A DNA stretch of 58,493 nt, counting the filler, from Sphacelaria rigidula (taxonomy: Eukaryota), in NCBI GenBank assembly GCA_964200075.2. It is 7 parts of 7 records of this genome, joined end to end, with 100 filler letters (N's around TTAATTAATTAA, not from the genome) between each part and the next. Parts side by side here need not be neighbours in the genome. Positions count along the whole stretch, not along the records: positions 50,225 to 58,493 come from CAXNAA020011714.1; 6 more parts are not named here. One strand, written 5' to 3'. Under the pieces are notes generated by a model, which saw nothing but the letters and a program-made list of their open reading frames with translations, ran no database searches and was not told where the DNA came from. The first letter of the stretch is position 1, and every line of letters starts with the position of its first letter. Both the position numbers and the translations under genes were made by a program. Of this stretch, positions 50,336 through 58,493 are shown piece after piece.

Positions 50336-50356
50336 GTTGGCGCCGGAGGTACGGTG

Positions 50357-50808
50357 GAGGGAACACTTGGATATTTTCGGTTGTCGATATCCTGGATACC
50401 CCTGAATACCGAGATTTCGGGCAGACGATATCCTGCGTACCCTCAAATACCGAGAATTTCGGGCACTCGATACCCTGGAAACCCTCAAATACCAAGAGCG
50501 GGACAGTCGATACCCTGCGTACCCCCAAATACCGAGAATTTCGGGCATTCGATACCCTGGATATCCCCAAATACCGAGCGGGACAATCGATACCCTGCGT
50601 ACCCTCAAATACCGAGAGTTGCGGGCACTCGATGCCGTGGGCACCCCCAAGTACCGAAAATTTCGGGTAGACAACACCCCGCGTACCCTCAAATACCGAG
50701 AATTGCGGACAGTCGATACCCTGCGTACCCTCAAATGCTGAGAATTTTGGGCAGACAATACCCTGCGTACGCTCAAATACGGAGATAACGAGTCCTTCAC
50801 ATTCCCTG
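50357..50808. repeat. ~37-bp tandem array, probably the interior of a hAT-like MITE
   Basis: About ten units of gggcactcgataccctgcgtaccctcaaataccgagaatttc; bounded by gagggaacac / cacattccctg; a second left-end-like copy starts at ~50858 (cagggagacttgg). Confidence 0.75.
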
Positions 50809-51586
50809 GAAACACGGGGTACCCAGGGATATCTAGTACTGCAAGTAGCAGGGCACCCAGGGAGACTTGGATGTTTTCGGTAGTTGATTCTCCGGGTACC
50901 CTCAACTACCGAGTACCGTCGACAATCGTTACTCTGCGCACCCTATAGTGTTGGATACTCTCAAATACACAAGGTACCCAGGTATACCGAGTACTGCAAG
51001 CAGCCTGTAGAGTTGATGTTGCATGGAATAAGGTTCCCTCGTCTGACGAACCACCTCTGCCACTGCTTGAACGAAGATAGGGTGCGAAAGTGGTTGCGTG
51101 CATTAATACTGTATTTTTGGCTGGTGCCAGGCACAAATGACCGTTTCATCAACTCTACCTCCCCGCTCCCCCTCCCTCATCAGGTAGACTAGTGTAATTT
51201 TGAAAGTCATCATGTGGAGAGACTGGATGGTCCCTGGGCGTCATGCCGCGATTTTCCCACAAATATAAACGTTATGGTCTTATCTTGCCATTGTCCAACC
51301 AGAGGTTGGAGAGAGGTCCGTGAGCATTGCCATACCGCAATCTCTACTCGAAGTAAAACGTAGTTCACAATAAATGTTCATGTACTACTGTGGTGAAGTC
51401 AAGCAAACCAAAAAGACAAAGTACAGTACCTACTCCCTCCCAGGGTCGACATATCCCCGGGTGTACAAGCTCCATGGGGTCCATAGGGCATGCCTTCCCT
51501 ATGCTGTACAAGGACTCACCCTTCGCCCCCTCCCCCCCCCCTACGCGGGTCTCCTTCGTGTGTCTACCCTCTCCGCCTGCGCACAG

Positions 51587-53203
51587 TACACGTCTTCTTC
51601 GAGAGACGAAGACACGGTGAAGCGCGCGAACGGTAAGCTGCTGCACCTGCGGTCAAAATCCAGCGACACAATATGCGACGGCATGCCGTGCGCCCTCTCC
51701 CAACCTACATCAACCGTCGCGCCCAAGGCGACCGTCAGCTCGGACCCACATCCCTCCGCCACATCCGTTTTGCATGGCGGCGGCGTCGGGAGCGGCAGCA
51801 CTACTGCGTTCGGAGGACCGGATGGCGGTGGTGGCGGTGGCGGCGACGGGGGCGGAAACACCTCAACCTCTAGGATGTCAGCGGCGGCGGCATCTGCCGC
51901 CGCGCATGCTGCGTCCACGTTTGGGCGCTTAGGGGCGGCGTCGCCCGCGCCCAGCGCGAGTGTGATGAGCGGGTGGACGGGTAGGGTGAGTGGGATTTCC
52001 CCCTTGCGCAGGCGAGAGGATGGGCAGGGCGGGAGCAGCGGTGATATGGATCACATCATCGATCGCTATCATCGCGTGGTCGACGGGCGGGCGGGTATCG
52101 TTGATGCCGTCGACGACGGAGGGGAGTGCAGAGATGTGGAGCGGGGGGATGTGGAGGCTGGGGTGGTGGGGTCAGATGGCCAAGGCAGTGGCGGCGGCGA
52201 TGGAGAGGGCGGTGGTGAGCGGGAGCGGGGTGGTGACGAGGCTGATGGGAACGGCACTGCTGCAGCCGCGCACGAAGGCGCGTTGGTGCCGGAGACGTAC
52301 GCATCAACGAGGACCGTGATCATGGGCCCCGGTTTTTGTTCGGGGGTAGGATCCGCCGCGGTTAGCCGAGTGTTGGAAGGGCTGCCGCCTCGGGACGGGG
52401 ACACAGGAGCGCGAACAGCGGCGGCAGCAGCGGCAACAGGAACAGCAGCACCAGTAGGACCAGCACGGACACCTGGTTGGGCGTCACCATTCGTTGCGTC
52501 GGCTGCGTCAAGACCTCGATCGCCCGCGTCAGACGTTGGCCGCGATGTTGTTGTCGCTGGTGGTGGTGCGGTGAGCGATAGAGCCGTCGATGTGGAAGCC
52601 GGGACGGCGGGCCGGTTGAATCGCGAAAAAGGTAGAGCGGGACCGGTGGATGGAGATGAAGAGAGGCGACAGGAGTTGTTGGAACGCGTCGGCGATGCGC
52701 CGAGCAGACCGTCGTTTTTGCGTGATGCGGGGAGGGCAGCGGGCGGTGGTTCGATAGTAGCGGGAGAAGAAGTCCGGCGGCATAAGTCGGAGGTCAGTAG
52801 CGAGGGAGCGGATGTTCGAGAGAGGAGCGTCAGTGCAGGCGCGGATGGTGCGGGGGACGGAAATGATCATGGTGATGCTAACTTACAGTCGGGTGTTGTC
52901 GGGCTTGAAACAAGCCGCGTGTCCGGGAGCGGTGCTGCTGGGCCATTTTTGTCTCGTGATTCGGCGGAAGATGTACCGTCAGAAAAAGAGCCTGGCGCGG
53001 CAGCTGCGACGGTGCCAGCCCGACCACCAGAATCATCGGCGATTCCAGGAACGGTTCAAGGATCGGTACCCGAGTCCACAGTTGGGGATGTTCGATTCGG
53101 AGATTTCCCCGGAGGAAGCAGAGATACGGAGCGAGATGTTCGCGATTTGGGCGAAGATGAGACGGGGAGGGCCCAGGGGGTGGACGAAGAAGATGACGCA
53201 TGA
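51587..53203 (+). CDS. Large terminal exon encoding a low-complexity G/A/S/D/E/R-rich region of an unidentified protein
   Basis: Open 609-aa frame 51374-53203, GC-rich and coding-like after a pyrimidine-rich acceptor (gcacag, 51586); ends TGA; no recognisable domain. Confidence 0.7.
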   Translation, partial: YTSSSRDEDTVKRANGKLLHLRSKSSDTICDGMPCALSQPTSTVAPKATVSSDPHPSATSVLHGGGVGSGSTTAFGGPDGGGGGGGDGGGNTSTSRMSAAAASAAAHAASTFGRLGAASPAPSASVMSGWTGRVSGISPLRRREDGQGGSSGDMDHIIDRYHRVVDGRAGIVDAVDDGGECRDVERGDVEAGVVGSDGQGSGGGDGEGGGERERGGDEADGNGTAAAAHEGALVPETYASTRTVIMGPGFCSGVGSAAVSRVLEGLPPRDGDTGARTAAAAAATGTAAPVGPARTPGWASPFVASAASRPRSPASDVGRDVVVAGGGAVSDRAVDVEAGTAGRLNREKGRAGPVDGDEERRQELLERVGDAPSRPSFLRDAGRAAGGGSIVAGEEVRRHKSEVSSEGADVRERSVSAGADGAGDGNDHGDANLQSGVVGLETSRVSGSGAAGPFLSRDSAEDVPSEKEPGAAAATVPARPPESSAIPGTVQGSVPESTVGDVRFGDFPGGSRDTERDVRDLGEDETGRAQGVDEEDDA

Positions 53204-54055
53204 TGACTATGATTATTATCGGGTTTATTATGTCTGCCTAAGATAATTGGATTTGACCACACAATCTGCCGTGGGTTTCGGATGCTGATGGATTATGTCG
53301 TGTTCATGCCCCCCCCCCGCCCCCCATGAAATATATCATGAAGAGTGAAAGTGCACATATATTTACAAAGATAGATTCGAGTCCATGGTTGAGGACGTCG
53401 TCGCCATTGTGGTTGTGTTGACGGCAATGACCAGCACATCCCGTCCGTAGAATGAGTAGGTCATCCGTACCGTGTAGTTTTTAACAACGGATACCGCACA
53501 AGCGGCGAGGGGCCATATATTCGAGGAGCGGAGGGAGTAGATAACCCATCAACATGGAAATTTCCGTGAGTTTCATGTACGATTTCGGGTCTGCCGTATG
53601 CTCAGCAGTCAACAATTTTCGATTTCTGGACAATGACCAGCAGACAACAACGAAATGTAATTCGAAACGTGCGAGGGGGAGATGAGTCGGAGGGGGGGGG
53701 GGGGAGGCGTTATTGGTCCGACTTTGTCAAGTACGACCTGTGGTGTGCGTGCGTTATGGATACTACGGTCCGAGGTTCAAGACTGGGGCATGACGTGGAA
53801 AAAGGAAAAGCATACGGGGACATATTCGTTTTTCCAGCTTTTTTTGTTGTTGTTGCTCGCTCCTCTGTGCAAAAACGACCGCCGGTTGTGCACGTTCGGT
53901 GTGTTTGGTGCCGGCCGGCAGTGTACGTTGAATCAAGCCTGAAGGGCAGTCTTGTCTGTCGATCGCTGCCTCTTTTGTTTTGCTGCTTTTCAGCTCCCGT
54001 GCTTTTTGCGTACTACCGTAGACGAGACGATTGCGCGTGCGCGCTTACTGCATGA

Positions 54056-54314
54056 ACACTTTCTACGATAGCCCTCCCCTCAAAGTGCCTGCTTTGGGGA
54101 GGCAAAATCTTCACGTAAATCGGAATGGAAAAAGCCGAGCACAACGAGCAGCTGGGAATTCCCGCGCTTGGGTTCGTTCTCGCCAATGTCGCCCATGTGA
54201 GGCGCTTCATGCACCCTGATCCCAAACATCGGGCGCTGTAGTATGGCCATTTTTTTCGTGACACTTTTGGGCTGCTTTTTGTTTTTTTTGGGGGGGGGGT
54301 ATCGTAGAGAGTGT
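54056..54314. mobile_element. MITE, same family as 8597-8847
   Basis: acactttctacgatagccc ... gggggtatcgtagagagtgt; flanks gcatga/ccatga. Confidence 0.75.
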
Positions 54315-55494
54315 CCATGATGTTTTTTTTTCCCCGCTGTCTTGAGGTTGTGTGTGTGTGTGTGTGTGTGTGGAAGATAGAGAGAATTCAGGGCCCGCTC
54401 GGAAACGGAGGACAGGAACGTACCGCCGATTTTTCTGGATACTGCGCAGTAAGATGAGCGTGTACTGTACACATTTCTCTTGCACGTGATGGCGAGGAAG
54501 ATGCCCATGGTGGTATGCGGTTCATGTAAGGTTGTGGCTATTGTAGCCTGCCTTATTCTAATTGTGAAGATGGTTTTGACTGCATGTGCGTACGTCTGTG
54601 AGCGTTTTCCCCCGCCATATACCCATTTCAGAGGCACGCGGTCGTACGCTCGTCTTTTTTCTTTTTTAATTGAAACAACAAAAGACGAGGACACGGACGA
54701 ACGGGCGCTTCAAGGCGTCTGTCTCTCCTTGCTTTGTTGCTGTTTTTCTTTTCTTCTTTTCTTCTTTTCTTCTTTTGACGTGAACAAAAAGATACAGAGG
54801 AAAACGGTCAACCAATGTTTGTGTCGAGTGTTTGCAGTTGTGGTTATGTGTGTGTTTGTGTGTGTTTCCCCTTCGTTTGGCGTTCAGGTCATGTTGTTTT
54901 CCTTGGCTTTTGTTTCTTCTTTGCGGTTGACGATCCATGCAGTGATATCAGTACTTACTACTATTACATCTGCTACTACTACTACAGCTACTATTACTAT
55001 ACCTGATGATAGAGAGAAGGAGCTGGCGCTTTTTTTGTGTTACCTTCCGTAAACGAAAAAGCAGCTCGCTTGCTGCTTATCAAAAGCGGGTCGAGACGAT
55101 GTCCTGTTTTCATATTATACTCAGCGGTGGGCACGCGCATTTTTCTCTTTTTTTTTTCCTCATAGTTTGATTAAAAATTAAGTGTTGATTCGCTTAGTCG
55201 ATTTGTCTTGATTTTGACTTGACTTGACTTGAATTAGCATGATTTTGATGATTAATTGATTGGTCGATACGTTGGTATCTAGGTTGGGTGAGCTAAATGG
55301 TCGTGCGGTTTCCCGTGTATCGAACCGAGTTTGGTCCCGTGACCCTACGCTGATGACGGCTTGATTTGAATTGTTCTTTTTGAAGAGACACGCGAGGAGC
55401 CTCCGGATGTACTAGGCGAGCAGGTGGGTATGTGGGGAACCGTTTGACCTCGCCCCCCCCCTGCCCCCCCTGCCCCCCGTGCCCCCCGTGCTCC

Positions 55495-55556
55495 CTCTCG
55501 AAAGGGATGCGTGGTCAATGGTCAAACAAGTAAGAAAAGCAACAAATGAGTACGAC
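55495..55556 (+). repeat. Short dispersed repeat family B
   Basis: cgaaagggatgcgtggtcaatggtcaaac...agcaacaaatgagtac; also at ~32105-32160, 32700-32760 and 33305-33375. Confidence 0.8.
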
Positions 55557-57245
55557 CACCCTCCAACTTGGACAAGAATGGCTATCATGGATGTTTGATA
55601 TCGCCTGGTTTTCCCTTTGGTGTGTTGACACTCATTGCTATCGCATATTTATGCTACCCTGTGCTGCACGAGTGGGTCCTGTCCTACGCTCATTGTATCA
55701 TGGCGTTTTCATGGCTTGATGTATAGTGGCAGCATGGGATATTATTGCGGGGGAGGGGGGGGCTTCCACGTTTTCCCTAGTGGTTCACTCTGTGGTTGGG
55801 CAGGGAAATCGATTGGTTGGTTGGTTGGTTATTCTTTTTCGAAAACGCAAAGAAATAACGCCACGATTAAACATTGGGTCACGTATTTTCCTTATTTTGT
55901 TGTTCGTGTTTGACTCATGCGCACATACGGTGGGTTCGTTGGATTGTCTCTTCTCTTTGTGTTGGAATAATACATGACATGGTGATATGAATGACTTGAA
56001 ATTTTGACCTCTTTTTGTTTGTGTCGTGGTTTGTGTACGTGTGTGCTCGCTCCCTCCGTTGCCTTGGCTGTTGTGTGCTACGCTTTTCTTTTCGTTCCCC
56101 CGTTTTTCTTTCGTTTTTCATTTTTCGTTTTCCTCTTCCGTCTGTTTTTTTGTTGTTGCCTGCATGATATGCATGTCTACATATATATATATATATACAT
56201 ATCCTTCTCTCTCCCCCACAGGTTGTGTTCTGTTCCCTTCCTTCGTACATCTCTTGTGTCTCGTGTGTGTCATGTTTTGTTGTGCTGTGTGTGTACGTGG
56301 TTTGTTTGGGTGTCCCAATATTTCGAGTGCCGTTTTCCTCGTTATGATATTTGCCCTCTTTTCTGTGGATACAAAACAGTGTTGTGACCGCCCCCGCCAC
56401 CATCCGCTGCATGAGTACCCAAGTTTTAAGGGTGCCCGCCGTGCGAACTCCATGCGTACGTTAGTACACGAGAAGAGTTGGCAAAAAAGGAAAGAAGAAG
56501 TCCCCAAATATCTTTTCTTCCTTCATGTGTGATATTAGGTACTTTTTTTCTGCTTGGAGTACAAAGGCAGTTGGTTACTATTGTAGCACCCGCTGATTTT
56601 TTTTGTATATCTTTGTACCACCTAGGATAATAACTGGGAAAGCGAATTGAATGGGAGGGGGCCGTGGGGTGTATGTGGAGTCGTGACGATATCAACCGTG
56701 TGTATATGTGTGGAGTGTGTGTGGGTTCTGTTTCGGAAGAGGCAGATGTACGTTCATTCATGATTGGGTGGGGGAAGATTCGTTTGCGCAATTTTTACGA
56801 CCCCCACCCCCCTCGAACAAAGCCTAAATAGATGTGAGGTGTGTAACCTATATATATATATATATATATACATGTGCGCGAGTTGGCTTCCCCCGAGAGA
56901 ATGGGGGAGGGGGCAGAGAGGGAGGGGTGTTCATCTCATCCCTCTGCATCTTGTGTGGAGTAGGCGGTGTCGTCGAGGAGTGAAATTATCGTGTATCGGA
57001 GGAGGACGAGGTTTTCATGCCATAGGTGCCGAGGGTTTGTGCTAAAAAAAAAGCCTTTGACAAGCCACTTAATCCTTCACTCACTTACCCAGTATTTTAT
57101 ACGAGAGACATGGATGAGGGGTGAAGCGGCATGCAGCTTCTTCCGTTTGGCCACAAGAATATTAGAAGATATGGTTGGCTGATAATATACGGCCGACGTC
57201 ACCCTCGTCCCCATGGAGCGGAGGGACGTCCTGACATGGATGACG

Positions 57246-57281
<36 letters not shown>

Positions 57282-58493
57282 GTATATTGGGTGGCATTTG
57301 CTACGTAATTGAATGCATCGTGATACGGCTGCATCCTCGGGGATAAGTGGTTGGCCGCCCCGGGCCAATGTTGATCAAAATCCACATATTTATGTGGAAA
57401 TCGCCATTTGGGCATGTGCGGAGAGATTTCCTTTTATGACATGTAACCTAGTGAACGGCTGTTACAGGGGTAAGTTCGCAGGAGCCCCGAAACTTCCATA
57501 TCGGTACAGCCGGATCTGGGACCCCAAGGTAACAGGGATCTTCCCAGCGAACTGCTGGCTATCCCTGGGGATCACTCTTGACTTGGACTCTTAGACTTCG
57601 TCATCGGGCTAACTCGCTCGCGCTCGTCGAGCTTTCACGAGTGATCCACTTTGCCTCAACCCCACGACTTACTGTCAATCCTTGACTACATAATCCGAGG
57701 AAAATCATCGGCCACCTTCGACAGTTTCTACCGTCACCGGGAGTCTCACGACTTCCACTATTATATCATATTCATGACTATTCGAATTCTTGAAGGACCG
57801 CTGAAGAACACGTTCGAAGTACACGAACGAAGTACCGAACACCGTGGGGTGAAGCTGACACTATCGAAATCCGGGACAAATAGAACCACCTCGCCCCCTG
57901 AACTCTCGTGCCTTTCGTGGATCCTTCCTGCAAGCATGATATCGGGTAATCCTTAATTTCGGGTCATGGTAAAATAACACGGGATTTTACAAATTCGAGA
58001 TTTTTTTTTATTGAAGATGAACCTTGGGAAGCGTCATACGCATCAAAATATGATTGAAAAAGAAATACGAGTGATCTCTCCGACCGTGATGTGCGGCCTC
58101 GTTCATCCTTGAAGATAAAAAACACCCGCAATTATAATTTCCCGTGCTTTTAGTGGGTTGAAATAAATACGAACGGTTTTTGTACCGGAATGACCGGAGG
58201 ACAACATTGTTCGGCATGAAAACCCCGGATTTCACCAATTCCAGATGGACTTTTTATAGAATGGGTGAGACCACACATCACGGGCGGAGAGTGCATCGGT
58301 ATTTCTTTTTCGAAAATATTTGGAGGCGTATGAAGCTTCCCAAGGTTCATCTTTGAAAAAAAAAACATCCCCAGTCAACAGTGGATCCTAGAAACTGGGG
58401 TTCGTACCAAAAATGAGGTTGAAGTGGCATTTCTCTTTTTAATGTGAGAAGCGAAAAACGCGCGACAGAGCGAAGCAATCTTCCTGCCGACAG

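Noticed and set aside
50395-50790. CRISPR-like array (also considered for 27300-27610 and 36020-36410)
   Set aside because: Units are contiguous degenerate tandem repeats without unique spacers; no cas genes; eukaryotic context.
57460-57950. Possible LTR beginning TGTTAC
   Set aside because: No second copy, PBS, PPT or TSD identifiable in the window.

Overview
Eukaryotic, intron-rich, repeat-dense DNA; GT-AG introns, repeat families and gene style suggest a brown alga/stramenopile (inference). The window is NOT one locus. It is seven contigs (1-8272, 8373-16643, 16744-25014, 25115-33384, 33485-41754, 41855-50124, 50225-58493; lengths 8272, 8271, 8271, 8270, 8270, 8270, 8269) joined by identical 100-nt N-TTAATTAATTAA-N spacers, i.e. 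sorted by length, so nothing can be inferred across spacers. I reconstructed these partial genes by hand from phase-consistent exons: (1) a protein with a divergent MBD-like domain; (2) a UPF1/Sen1-type SF1B helicase, 3' part; (3) a decayed Ty3/Gypsy chromovirus with three nested insertions; (4) the C-terminal exons of an M1 aminopeptidase; (5) MRG15/EAF3 with an antisense hAT transposase element in an intron; (6) a probably non-catalytic lumazine-synthase-fold domain running into what looks like the start of a calcyphosin-type EF-hand region; (7) a long low-complexity terminal exon. Introns carry many non-autonomous DNA transposons with recognisable TIRs and TSDs. The best novelty candidates are the lumazine-synthase-like fusion and the MBD-like domain. 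All homology calls are by-eye motif recognition, not database searches.
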